Source: an uncultured Bacilli bacterium (GTDB taxonomy: Bacteria > Bacillota_I > Bacilli_A > RF39 > UBA660). Taken from it: DNA of 64,000 nucleotides. The stretch lies in assembly GCA_934130375.1 (NCBI GenBank), contig CAKOXW010000004.1, forward strand, positions 25,421 through 89,420. The letters are read 5' to 3'. This document shows positions 29,262 through 39,594 of the stretch, one piece after another (within the stretch, counting starts at the first letter, position 1; the number at the start of each line of letters is the position of its first letter). Under the pieces are notes generated by a model, which saw nothing but the letters and a program-made list of their open reading frames with translations, was not told the origin of the DNA and did no database searches. The position numbers and the translations under genes are program-made.

Positions 29262-30428
29262 TTAATATTCAATAAATCGTTCCCATGTCTCTATCGTACT
29301 GCTTGATACACAGTCAAAATACTTTTCCAATTGATTGCTTATTACCTTGGCCTTTTCATTAATTGGATTTCCTTTAGTATAATAATCTTTTTTTAAGGTT
29401 CTAAATATCATATCAGAAAATAATACTGCTCTATCTTCTTTATAATCGCTTTTGCTATAAGCCGATAAGAAATACGCGGGATTTGAATAATAATATACAT
29501 ACTCGTTTGTTTGATTGCCATATGTAAATCCTTCGGGATTAAGCTCATTCATGCTTGCCTCAATCGCTTCTGCACCTATTTTATCTGCTAAATAGCAATC
29601 AATATAATGCATTATTTCATGATGAAGAGTGCTCTCAAACAAATATCCTTCAGTACTAATTAATATCACAACAGTATTAGAATCTTTATTATCAGTTAAA
29701 CCTGCTACCGAAGGGCCAACTTTTTCAACCAAATAAATAGTTAAATTTTTCCATTTGTTTTTTATTTCATTGAAAAAGGAACTTGGATACTTTTTTAATT
29801 CAGTATCAATAGAAATAAGAATTTTATTGATTTTTTCATCATTATATTGCCTTACTGGTTCAAAGTATGCATTTTTATAAATATTATCCATCTCATCCTT
29901 ATAACCAACTAAAACACCATACTTACTTTTTATCTCATTTCTATACTCATTATTTATCACATCAAGGGTTTTAACTCCACTTTCATTTTCTTCTTTAATT
30001 ACATCATCACTATCACCAGTTTCATTCTTTTTATCTTCTTGATTATTTTTATCATCACTACTACTTACATTATCTTTTTTAGGTTCCTCTGGTTTTACTT
30101 CTGAATTTTCTACCTTGTTTGTGTTTGACGGTTTATTATCTTTTTTTACATTTTCTTTCTTATCATCAGTTTTAATGTTTTCTTCTTTTTCTACAACTTT
30201 ATCATCAAGGGTTTTATCATCATCTTGTTTTTCTTCTTCATTCAAGGTTTTCTTTTCATCATTTTTACCATTATCATTTATCCCTTTTTCAACTGCGTCA
30301 ATCACATTATCTACTTTCCCAACGTTATTTTTCTTGGTATTTGCATACTTACTATCAAATAATACAATAAAAGAAATCATAACTATTACAATAAATAAAA
30401 TTAAATACTTTTTCAAATTCTTTTTCAT
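29262..30428 (-). CDS. membrane-anchored/secreted putative zinc metalloprotease (HExxH)
   Basis: Start MKKNLKKYLILFIV (RBS AAGAGGT), one TM segment, a K/D/E-rich linker, then a domain containing TLHHEIMHYID. Confidence 0.55.
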   Translation of the reverse strand: MKKNLKKYLILFIVIVMISFIVLFDSKYANTKKNNVGKVDNVIDAVEKGINDNGKNDEKKTLNEEEKQDDDKTLDDKVVEKEENIKTDDKKENVKKDNKPSNTNKVENSEVKPEEPKKDNVSSSDDKNNQEDKKNETGDSDDVIKEENESGVKTLDVINNEYRNEIKSKYGVLVGYKDEMDNIYKNAYFEPVRQYNDEKINKILISIDTELKKYPSSFFNEIKNKWKNLTIYLVEKVGPSVAGLTDNKDSNTVVILISTEGYLFESTLHHEIMHYIDCYLADKIGAEAIEASMNELNPEGFTYGNQTNEYVYYYSNPAYFLSAYSKSDYKEDRAVLFSDMIFRTLKKDYYTKGNPINEKAKVISNQLEKYFDCVSSSTIETWERFIEY

Positions 30429-30543
30429 GATAAACCTCTTACTTAAATAAATTATATCATCTAATTTATAAATTACATTATTTGGTTTACACATATTTTA
30501 TATTTTTTATTTTTATGATATTATTATTGTCGAGGTGTTTTTT

Positions 30544-31806
30544 ATGATAATTGCTTTATCGTTATTTATTTTAACTTATATACTTATGCTTACAATTACA
30601 AAGTATAAGCATTTCATCGCTTTTGGATCTGCTTGTATATTTGTAATACTTGGAATATTACCAGTTGGTAAAATACTCTCTGAGATTGATTTTAACGTAC
30701 TTTTAATGATACTTGGAACCATGGGCTTAGTATCTCTATTCATAGAGTCAAAAATGCCAGAATTGCTTGCAGAATTCATTATAGAGAGAACTCCAAATAT
30801 TAAATGGATGACAGTTGCCCTAGCAGTATTTGCAGGAATAGTATCTGCATTTATTGATAATGTTGCAACTGTACTTATAATTGCACCAATTGTACTTGTA
30901 GTTGCGAAAAAATTCAAAATTTCTCCTGTTATACCAATTATATGCATTTCAATATTTTCTAACCTAGAAGGTGCGGCAACACTAACAGGTGACACAACAT
31001 CACTTCTTCTTGCTAAAGAAGTAGGTATGAATTTTTTTGATTTCTTTTTCTTTAATGGAAAAATAGGATTATTCTTTATAGTTCAATTAAGTTTAATTGC
31101 AGCAGCGATTACTCTTTTAATACTTCAAAGAAAAAACACAAACAAAATAAAATGCGAACTTAATACAAAAGTTACTGATTATATTCCAACAATACTACTT
31201 TGTCTATCAATAGTAGCACTTATAATCGCATCATTTATTAACACAAACTTTGAACTTATAAATGGTGTAATATGTACAAGTTTCTTTATAATTGGGCTTG
31301 TTATAAAAATGATTAAAAATAGAAGTATTAAATGTGTTTTACCTAACATTAAAGACATAGATTATGAAACATTACTACTTCTTGCAAGTTTATTTGTAGT
31401 AATTGGTGGCATCAAAGAAGCAGGAATAATTAACTCTATTAGTGATATGTTTTTAAATGTTGGAAATAATCCACTAGTTATGTATACTCTAATAGTATTT
31501 GTATCAGTAGTTATTTCAGCATTTATTGATAATATTCCATACGTTGCAACAATGTTGCCTGTAATAACAACTATTTCTTTATCATCAACAATTAATCCAT
31601 GCTTATTATATTACGGATTAATTATAGGTGCGACACTTGGTGGTAATTTCACTCCAATTGGAGCATCTGCTAACATTACAGCAATTGGACTTCTTAAGAA
31701 AAATGGATATGAACTTGATAATAAAGACTATTTTAAATACAGTGTTCCAATATCACTTGCTGCAATATTAACAAGTTATATAATTGCATTACTATTATTT
31801 ATTTAA
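30544..31806 (+). CDS. ArsB/NhaD (CitMHS-like) anion permease family protein
   Basis: ~420 aa, polytopic, with duplicated FIDNVATVL / FIDNIPYVA motifs typical of this superfamily. Confidence 0.6.
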   Translation: MIIALSLFILTYILMLTITKYKHFIAFGSACIFVILGILPVGKILSEIDFNVLLMILGTMGLVSLFIESKMPELLAEFIIERTPNIKWMTVALAVFAGIVSAFIDNVATVLIIAPIVLVVAKKFKISPVIPIICISIFSNLEGAATLTGDTTSLLLAKEVGMNFFDFFFFNGKIGLFFIVQLSLIAAAITLLILQRKNTNKIKCELNTKVTDYIPTILLCLSIVALIIASFINTNFELINGVICTSFFIIGLVIKMIKNRSIKCVLPNIKDIDYETLLLLASLFVVIGGIKEAGIINSISDMFLNVGNNPLVMYTLIVFVSVVISAFIDNIPYVATMLPVITTISLSSTINPCLLYYGLIIGATLGGNFTPIGASANITAIGLLKKNGYELDNKDYFKYSVPISLAAILTSYIIALLLFI

Positions 31807-31867
31807 TAATATTAAAAAAGACTGGTATTTTAAACCTAATTAAATTTGGTTTAATTACCAATCTTTT

Positions 31868-32800
31868 TTATAAATCAACAATATTTTTCCAATTAGTTGG
31901 AAAACCTATCTTATCTAATACTTTATCAATTTCAATAGAATTCAATTTATTACCAAGTAAATCAACTTCATATCCAAGTTCATATACAAGTAACTTAAAA
32001 TCTTCTTTTGAAAGCATAAATTTAAACATTAATACTAAAGAAAATAAGTCATTTTTGCCATATACGTATTCTTCATCAATTTTAGGAATATTTAATTTGT
32101 GATGATAGATATTATTTGGAATACTTCTTTGTGTTCTATAAGTATAAAGCATATCTTCATGAGCACACAAATTTCTATAATTAGACATTATTGGCAAGAA
32201 TACAGTCATATCAAACGCATCCATCTTATAGTACTTAGCAATTTCTTTTTGGTCTTCTGGTTTTAATATCATAAATAATTCACTTATCAATCCAAAAGAC
32301 AATACTTTTACTAATATCCACATAGGAATATATCCATAATTAGTTAAATAGTGTAGCGTCGCAGTATGCTGTTTAGCATTTGTTTTAATTTGTCTTTTCA
32401 TCTTATTAATAACATCTGCAACTTGTCTTCTTTTACTTATATCAGTTACGAAATTAGACATTTTTAAATATTCTTTTTCTTTATAACCATATTTACCTGA
32501 TAAATGATAACTAAATATTGATTTTAAGTTATTTTCAACAATTAAAAGATATTTAAACATTACATTTCTAATATTTCTATCAAAACAAAATAATGCATAA
32601 AGTTCATCAAAAGAAGAACCATCTATAAATGTATTTTCCTTTGGCCCTTTAAAAAGTAAATGTCTATAACCATTTATAAAGAAATAATTTTCTCTTAACA
32701 AAATTTCTTTTGTTTTATCATCATTAGAAATAGTTAACCCTTTATCTCTTAATATATCAATTTGTTCATCTATAGTTTTAAAACTTTTCATTCTACCCAT
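31868..32800 (-). CDS. Abi_2 (AbiD/AbiF-like) abortive-infection family protein
   Basis: FKTIDEQIDILRDKGLTISNDDKTKEILLRENYFFINGYRH is the characteristic N-terminal block of the Abi-like PF07751 family. 310 aa. Confidence 0.75.
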   Translation of the reverse strand: MGRMKSFKTIDEQIDILRDKGLTISNDDKTKEILLRENYFFINGYRHLLFKGPKENTFIDGSSFDELYALFCFDRNIRNVMFKYLLIVENNLKSIFSYHLSGKYGYKEKEYLKMSNFVTDISKRRQVADVINKMKRQIKTNAKQHTATLHYLTNYGYIPMWILVKVLSFGLISELFMILKPEDQKEIAKYYKMDAFDMTVFLPIMSNYRNLCAHEDMLYTYRTQRSIPNNIYHHKLNIPKIDEEYVYGKNDLFSLVLMFKFMLSKEDFKLLVYELGYEVDLLGNKLNSIEIDKVLDKIGFPTNWKNIVDL

Positions 32801-32821
32801 TAAATCACCTACTATATAAAA

Positions 32822-33496
32822 CTAGTATAACATATTTTTATTAAAAATTTCTATTAAAGCATCTAATATGACACTTACTATACTATTTTGATGCTCATCT
32901 GTAAGTAATTTTTTCCTTTCATAAGGATTTGATAAAAAACCAACTTCTAACAAAACACCAGGTTTAGTAATATTTTTATACATATATAAATTATTAATTT
33001 CTTTTATTTCTTTAGTACTATTTAAGTACTTATTAAAGTATTTTTGAAATACTATAGCAACATCCTTGTTGTTCTTATTAATATCATCATAAAATACCTG
33101 CGCACCATTCCATGAAGAGTTCAAAGATGAATTCAAATGTATAGATAAATATAAATCAGCCTTAGAATTATTTATTAACTTAGCCCTATTACCAAGATCA
33201 CTTCTCTTTCTTAAAGATGCACTTTTGTCTGACAAATCATAATCACCATTCCTTGTTAGTAATACCTGTGCACCCATGCTTTCTAATTTATCCTTTAATT
33301 TTAAAGTGATAGCTAAGTTAATATCTTCCTCGTGTATATCTTTATAACACGCTCCAACATCAACACCTCCATGTCCTGCATCTAAATATATAACCTTGCC
33401 AAGCAAAGAATAACCAAGCGCTTTTGCATTTATAAAATTAAATAAACATATCGCACTTATAAACAATAAAAACATTTTAATCTTATACATATTCAT
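32822..33496 (-). CDS. cwlD: germination-specific N-acetylmuramoyl-L-alanine amidase CwlD-like
   Basis: Signal/TM segment, then GKVIYLDAGHGGVDVGA, LYLSIHLNS, W.GAQVFY and KPGVLLEVGFLSNP. These are colinear with B. subtilis CwlD as I recall it. It lies a few genes beyond rplM-rpsI, as in Bacillus. Confidence 0.75.
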   Translation of the reverse strand: MNMYKIKMFLLFISAICLFNFINAKALGYSLLGKVIYLDAGHGGVDVGACYKDIHEEDINLAITLKLKDKLESMGAQVLLTRNGDYDLSDKSASLRKRSDLGNRAKLINNSKADLYLSIHLNSSLNSSWNGAQVFYDDINKNNKDVAIVFQKYFNKYLNSTKEIKEINNLYMYKNITKPGVLLEVGFLSNPYERKKLLTDEHQNSIVSVILDALIEIFNKNMLY

Positions 33497-33533
33497 ATTA
33501 AATTATATTCTATATAAAAAGAAAAAAGACGTA

Positions 33534-36098
33534 TTAAAAACGTCCTCCTCCGGTTCCTCCACCGCCTCCTCCTGATGATGATGAGAAACCACCTCCACCA
33601 CCAGAGCCACTTGAAAAACTACCGCCACTGCTACTACCTCCTTCGTGAGAAGATTTAGATTGATATGCTTTAGTTTCTGTTGCTCTTATGCTGTTACTAA
33701 TAATATTATTCATTCTATAAAAATCAAGAATATCACTACCTATAATATCACTATCTATATCAGTATCTTTAATATTTAACTGCATTACTTTAGATACCTT
33801 TTTAGCATTACCAAATAATGTTGCGTACACCAAATATCTTTCCCATAACAAAATATCTGGTATTTCCTTATCATGAGTTGCAAAATCATCTAAAAAATGC
33901 TTTAATCCTAACCATTTTCTATACTCTAGTTCACCAGTTTCTGTCTTTCTAATTTTAACAAACGAGTAAACCAGACATACTATAGAAATAATTAATGCAA
34001 TACCAAATAAAATTTTAGATGTATGAACCAATTTAAATATTTCAATTAATTCAAATATTTCGCCAAAAGACAAAATTATCATAAATGAAAAACCAATTCT
34101 ATAATATATTAAACCATTTCCATCCTTAGACTTCTTAAATATATCTTTTACTAACTTAACAAGTCCATAGATAAGAAGCACAGGAATTACAACTACAGGA
34201 AAACATACTGCAAAAACTATTACAAAAAGTAAATTATTCTTTTTTATATCATCAGATTTCTTAAAGTTACATTCAAATAATTTTTCAGTATTAACTCTAT
34301 TAACGATTGCTTCTTTATAACTTTTCCACTTAGATATTACACTTCTATATGACTTATTTGCACGATTCTTTAAATCAGCAGTTGTGACCTCTTTACTATT
34401 TGCAAAAATAACATCCATTAATTTTCTTTCTTCGTATAATAAATCACCATTAGAAATATCTTTTATTTTATAATTCTTATTACTAATCTTTTCATAACTA
34501 ATCTTCTTTTTCCTAATTAAATCAAGCATTGCAGCACTTACTGCTTTATCTGTAAGTTTATTATACATTAAATATGAAACAACTTCACAAGGTAGTTCAC
34601 TAGGTATTTCTCTATAATACTTTTCATTAAATGATACATCATAAGGTTTAAATTTTTTCTTATACATCTCATAAAAAACAAATATTGTTACAATAATTGA
34701 TACTGCTGCTAGAAACCTATAACCAGTTTCTTCTTTATATTCAGCATTTTTTACAAGTGGTAATTTACTATTTAAAACACTATATAAAAATACTCTGTTC
34801 TCATAATTATCAATCATATATATTTTATCTTCAATATTTTTATAAGTATAATACCTTGGACTTCTTACTAAGTAATCTATATCACTAAGAATACTATTCT
34901 TTTCTAACTCATCAAGTGTTACTTTTATACTATTAATCTTATCATTGTATTCATCCTTTAAATCGCTTGGTAGATATTCAAAAGATGTCAAACAATTATT
35001 ATAATTTTCTCTAGTAATATCATTTTTAAATGTTTCAATATCCCTATCATTTCTAATTACTATATATTCATTTATCTTTTTATTAAGTATATCAAGTTTG
35101 TCTTTATATTTATTCTTTTTCTCAGTATCATATATTTCATTATATTTTGCCTTTATATTTACAAACTTATCTCTAATTGAAAATATAGTTTCATTAATAA
35201 CTTCTTCATTTGGATTATTAATTAATTCATCTTCAAGTTCACTAATGCCAGTATCAACATAAGAAACAACCGCATAATCCTTTTGTTGTCTTTCATAATT
35301 TGCTTGTTCTGCCTTATTTGTTTCATACAAAATAATTTTATTAAGAGCATCAACCTTAGTATTCTTAGATGAATTCTTTATAACACCAACATCAAATGTT
35401 GCCCTTATATCTATCTTAGTATAAGAAGGCACATTATCCACATTAAAAGTTAAGTACTCATTATTTTCATTTTTCACCTCACCATTAAGAGGCCCATGAG
35501 CCCATACTCTTAAATTCTTATTATCTTTAAAATAAAACTTACCCTTTAAATGATGAATAGATTCTCTAAAACTATCATTAAAAATAGTATAAAATAATTC
35601 ACCAACATCATTATGTTTAACTGCTATATTTCTTATTCTAAACTTAATATAAAAGGCCTTGTTATTCTTACTAGGATTATATATCATTAAAGTAGTCCCC
35701 TTGTTAGAATAAGAAGTTGTATAAACTCCATAATCCCCTTTATTAGCACTACTAACTCTTTTAAAAATATCGCCATCTATATTACTAAAATCAAAGTTAT
35801 CATCACTATCTACACCTTGTACTTCTAATATAGCAATAGAAGAACCATTATAAATCTTACTTGCTCCGTAAGAACTCGCATCAGCATTAAACTCATACAA
35901 ACTATCATTAATATAATTAATATCTAACTCAGTCCCATTATAAGACCCGTTCATATCAAAATAATATTCAACTGTTAAGTCGCCATTATCCTTCTGATAT
36001 CCATTTACATAAAAATTTTCAATCCCATATGATGATGCATTCACATAAAAAGGAATTGCAAACAACAACATAATAAATAATTTTAAAACCTTTTTCAT
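33534..36098 (-). CDS. DUF2207-type membrane protein with Gly/Ser-rich C-terminal tail
   Basis: Signal peptide, a large extracytoplasmic domain, TM segments, and the C-terminus GGSSSGGSFSSGSGGGGGFSSSSGGGGGGTGGGRF. Confidence 0.65.
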   Translation of the reverse strand: MKKVLKLFIMLLFAIPFYVNASSYGIENFYVNGYQKDNGDLTVEYYFDMNGSYNGTELDINYINDSLYEFNADASSYGASKIYNGSSIAILEVQGVDSDDNFDFSNIDGDIFKRVSSANKGDYGVYTTSYSNKGTTLMIYNPSKNNKAFYIKFRIRNIAVKHNDVGELFYTIFNDSFRESIHHLKGKFYFKDNKNLRVWAHGPLNGEVKNENNEYLTFNVDNVPSYTKIDIRATFDVGVIKNSSKNTKVDALNKIILYETNKAEQANYERQQKDYAVVSYVDTGISELEDELINNPNEEVINETIFSIRDKFVNIKAKYNEIYDTEKKNKYKDKLDILNKKINEYIVIRNDRDIETFKNDITRENYNNCLTSFEYLPSDLKDEYNDKINSIKVTLDELEKNSILSDIDYLVRSPRYYTYKNIEDKIYMIDNYENRVFLYSVLNSKLPLVKNAEYKEETGYRFLAAVSIIVTIFVFYEMYKKKFKPYDVSFNEKYYREIPSELPCEVVSYLMYNKLTDKAVSAAMLDLIRKKKISYEKISNKNYKIKDISNGDLLYEERKLMDVIFANSKEVTTADLKNRANKSYRSVISKWKSYKEAIVNRVNTEKLFECNFKKSDDIKKNNLLFVIVFAVCFPVVVIPVLLIYGLVKLVKDIFKKSKDGNGLIYYRIGFSFMIILSFGEIFELIEIFKLVHTSKILFGIALIISIVCLVYSFVKIRKTETGELEYRKWLGLKHFLDDFATHDKEIPDILLWERYLVYATLFGNAKKVSKVMQLNIKDTDIDSDIIGSDILDFYRMNNIISNSIRATETKAYQSKSSHEGGSSSGGSFSSGSGGGGGFSSSSGGGGGGTGGGRF

Positions 36099-36145
36099 AT
36101 CTTTACCTCTATAATAAGTATATCATATTTATAAAGAAAAAAAGA

Positions 36146-36655
36146 CTATTTTTTAGTCTTTACAAATACAAAGAATTTACTAAATACATAGTTAAGTATT
36201 AAGATTATTACTTGTAGTATTATCTTAGCAATCATGTCGTTAATTTTAAATAATGAAACGAATACATACATTAAAACTATTTCCATGCCAAGTGTTAATA
36301 ATCTACAACCAACAAATTTAGAAAATTCATCCAATATTTTATCTGATTTACTTCTAAATACATATTTTCTATTAGCAAAGTATGCAAATAAAACTGCACA
36401 TATCCATGAGATAATAGTATTAACCATATAATTACTAATTATAAGTCTTAATGCCCAGTAACTAGCAATACTTACAAATGTAGTTAATGCCCCTACTATA
36501 ACATAATCTATTATCTCTTTATATTTTTTATATAAATTATCAAGTTCATCTTTGTAAACACAACACACAATCATAAATAGTATTAATAAACTAATTGCAC
36601 TTATATTTATTATAAGTGAGTTATTTAAATATATTTCTACTAATTTTTCTTTCAT
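36146..36655 (-). CDS. GtrA family membrane protein
   Basis: ~170 aa, four TM segments, YVIVGALTTFVSIASYW... and NYVFSKFFVF. Start at M10 directly after the YfhO stop. Confidence 0.7.
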   Translation of the reverse strand: MKEKLVEIYLNNSLIINISAISLLILFMIVCCVYKDELDNLYKKYKEIIDYVIVGALTTFVSIASYWALRLIISNYMVNTIISWICAVLFAYFANRKYVFRSKSDKILDEFSKFVGCRLLTLGMEIVLMYVFVSLFKINDMIAKIILQVIILILNYVFSKFFVFVKTKK

Positions 36656-36656
36656 T

Positions 36657-39137
36657 TTACTTCTTCCTTTTCTTAATATCAAGTATCATAACTTGTAATA
36701 ACATTATACACCCAATACCACTAAAAATCATCCCTTCTTTTTGATAAGGTGCTTTATATACAATTTTAATATCGTGATAACCACTATCTATTTTAAATCC
36801 AATATAAGACAAAGACACTTTTTCATAATCAATTTTATTCCCATCTAAATAAATACTAAAACCTTTATCATAAGGTATTGTTAGTATAAAATATCCATCA
36901 TCCTTGACATTTATATTACCTGTAATTATATCACCAGAAGTACTTTCTTTATCAATATTAAATACTGATACACTTTTTACATAATTTACAATATCGTTAT
37001 AATCTATTGAATAAATCTTAACATTAGATATATCATATTTACCCTTTGCAAACTCTATATCAAGTTTATCTATCGTATTTCCTGATATTGCATATTTAAA
37101 ATTATAATTATTATTAGGATATGTCCATGTTTTGCATGATAATGTATTTTTAATATCATTAATTGTTATACTCGTATCACCAATCGTACATGCCTCAGTA
37201 TAATTCATATCAAATGAAATAAGTAGTATCTTATTTTCATAAGGTTTATCAAATTTAAGTACCATTTTACCATCTTTATTACTAGTTATCAAATATCTAT
37301 TATCATTATTAGTTAGTTCTAAATTGTCATAATCTAAAGTATAACCAAATTCTTCCTCATTAATTTTTGATACATAATTATTATCAATATTTTCTTTTAC
37401 AACCACATTTGTCATTAATGCATAAATTTTATCTATATTTGATAAACCATTGTATAAATCTTCACTAATAACACTGTTTGTAGCATACCCGATTGGAAGC
37501 ACATTATCATTTTTATAGACATTATCAGATATCATTTCATATCCAATCGGTGCAGTTTTATCAGTAATTAGGTATTTGTTTGCCATAAATGTATTAAATA
37601 AAATATTATGTGGATTAAGCGCAGTTGAAATCCTATTAGATTGCTCATTAAATAAATTTACAAAATTGTAATAATTTTTATTTTCTAAAGATGAATAAAT
37701 ACTTGGTAAATAATAATTCCTATCATATACATAATTTATATTATACATATCATTCATATTGTAATCTACTCTATATATATTATTATCTTCATTTAACAAT
37801 ACTGACACTTTGTCATAATATGTTTTATCATACTGCTTGCTATTTAAATCCTTACTAACATACCTTTCTGTATAGTTATTAAACAAACAAATTACAAGTG
37901 CGATAAAGCAAACTGGGTAAATTAATATTTTTCTATTCTCATACTTATTACTTAGTAAATATAGTATTACAGTTACTATGATATCAGCCATTAACAATGC
38001 CTCATTAGCAAGAATTAAATGAATAATGCATAGAATTGTTAATATTATTAAAAATATATAAAATTTATTATCTTTTTCTTTCTTGTAACTACTTAAAAAG
38101 TTAGTAATTAATAATATTGCAAGAGGCAACAAAGGTATTAAAACTTTACCCCTAATATACATAAAACCACTTAATATATATATAAATACTGGAAATACAA
38201 TTAATAATGAAAAAATAATTGATAAAAATCTATCCGATTTCTTCTTATTAAATAAACCATATAATACTGCAATTAACAATATAGAGGATGTTCCCATTGT
38301 ATAAGATGTATACATAATTTGATCCATATTAATAGTAGGCAAAAGCAACTTAAATATATTAACACTATTAGTTATATCCCCCCTACCATTTAATATTACA
38401 TACATTGTTGGTAATATTAATACACATGATAATAAAATACCAACTATTACTAAATATATATATTTTAATAAATCTCTAATAAATACCTTAGACTTCACTA
38501 TCTTATTATCTTCATAATACTTATAAATATAATATATGGATAAAGCAATAATTCCACAAACACTATAGTAATAACTTGTCATTATCATTAAAAATACTGA
38601 TAGTGCAATCATTGTTTTTTTATTTTTATCAATACCTACTAGTCCCATTAATAGAAATGGCATATAATTTATAAACATAATATGTCTATGTGTATGGTAG
38701 ATAAGTGGTGCGGATAAAAGAAATAATAATGTACCAAGAAATGTGTATTTATTATTAAACTTACTTCTTAAGAAATAATACATAAGCACAACCGATGTGA
38801 TAGTTATTATAAGCATTGCTATTTGGATATAATTTATCATACTTAATTTAGGAAATAAGTATGAAAACATTATTATTGGGCTAAAAAGTCCATAATATGA
38901 TAAATTATATATATTTTCTCCCGCACCGATATTAAATGCGAAACCAGGAAATATTTGTTTAGTTTCTAAAAATAGTTTTCTAAAGTAATCTGGTATTACC
39001 GCATGCTGCGAATTATAATCAACAATTGATGCATTTAAATTAGTAATTCCCAAGTAAGAAAACATTATTATTAATAAAATTGTTATTAATATTAAAATAT
39101 TAGTCCAATCTTTTTTATTTAGTTTCACTGCAATCAC
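36657..39137 (-). CDS. YfhO family polytopic membrane (glycosyltransferase-like) protein
   Basis: 826 aa with more than 10 TM segments, a C-terminal extracytoplasmic domain and a final TM. Adjacent to GtrA, as is typical for YfhO-type wall/LTA glycosylation loci. Confidence 0.65.
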   Translation of the reverse strand: MIAVKLNKKDWTNILILITILLIIMFSYLGITNLNASIVDYNSQHAVIPDYFRKLFLETKQIFPGFAFNIGAGENIYNLSYYGLFSPIIMFSYLFPKLSMINYIQIAMLIITITSVVLMYYFLRSKFNNKYTFLGTLLFLLSAPLIYHTHRHIMFINYMPFLLMGLVGIDKNKKTMIALSVFLMIMTSYYYSVCGIIALSIYYIYKYYEDNKIVKSKVFIRDLLKYIYLVIVGILLSCVLILPTMYVILNGRGDITNSVNIFKLLLPTINMDQIMYTSYTMGTSSILLIAVLYGLFNKKKSDRFLSIIFSLLIVFPVFIYILSGFMYIRGKVLIPLLPLAILLITNFLSSYKKEKDNKFYIFLIILTILCIIHLILANEALLMADIIVTVILYLLSNKYENRKILIYPVCFIALVICLFNNYTERYVSKDLNSKQYDKTYYDKVSVLLNEDNNIYRVDYNMNDMYNINYVYDRNYYLPSIYSSLENKNYYNFVNLFNEQSNRISTALNPHNILFNTFMANKYLITDKTAPIGYEMISDNVYKNDNVLPIGYATNSVISEDLYNGLSNIDKIYALMTNVVVKENIDNNYVSKINEEEFGYTLDYDNLELTNNDNRYLITSNKDGKMVLKFDKPYENKILLISFDMNYTEACTIGDTSITINDIKNTLSCKTWTYPNNNYNFKYAISGNTIDKLDIEFAKGKYDISNVKIYSIDYNDIVNYVKSVSVFNIDKESTSGDIITGNINVKDDGYFILTIPYDKGFSIYLDGNKIDYEKVSLSYIGFKIDSGYHDIKIVYKAPYQKEGMIFSGIGCIMLLQVMILDIKKRKK

Positions 39138-39160
39138 CTATGGTAATTATATCATAATTA

Positions 39161-39188
39161 AAAAAAAAAGACACCCTTCTTGTGTCTT
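39161..39188 (-). terminator. intrinsic terminator
   Basis: Minus strand AAGACAC-aagaagg-GTGTCTT followed by T9. Confidence 0.75.
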
Positions 39189-39460
39189 TACCACCTTCTT
39201 GGCATTACTGGTCCATAATATGGTGGATAATTATTGTAATATGGTCTATAAAAATATGGTGCGACTAATCCTCCAGTAAGTCCTCCTAATAAAAATGGTC
39301 CAATAAATCCAATTCTCTCATCATTTTGCTTTCCATTATTGTAGTTATATTGTGGATAATTACTTACAGGATATCCTGCTTGTGGATAAGCGTTTCTTTC
39401 ATCAATTGCTTGTGGATAAACATTGTTGCTTGTATTATATTGTGAATAAGTCTTGTACAT
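39188..39460 (-). CDS. small Tyr/Pro/Asn-rich protein with one Gly-rich hydrophobic segment
   Basis: Start MYKTYSQ (RBS GGGAGGA). Composition: YPQA...YPQAGYP..YPQYNYNN...YFYRPYYNNYPPYYGP. Confidence 0.5.
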   Translation of the reverse strand: MYKTYSQYNTSNNVYPQAIDERNAYPQAGYPVSNYPQYNYNNGKQNDERIGFIGPFLLGGLTGGLVAPYFYRPYYNNYPPYYGPVMPRRW

Positions 39461-39594
39461 AACATTCCTCCCACTAATATAATATGTGAACAAGTGAATT
39501 TGGCCATAAAAAAATGCCTAAGGTGCAACGTACTTACAAATACGCTTAGCTAGTAGCTACATTACCTAGGTCTTGTGTGTTAATCTTATCATAA

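Noticed and set aside
33540-33660. GC-rich CCTCC/CCACC repetitive DNA
   Set aside because: It is the reverse complement of the Gly/Ser-rich C-terminal tail codons of the DUF2207 gene: coding low complexity, not a mobile or regulatory repeat.
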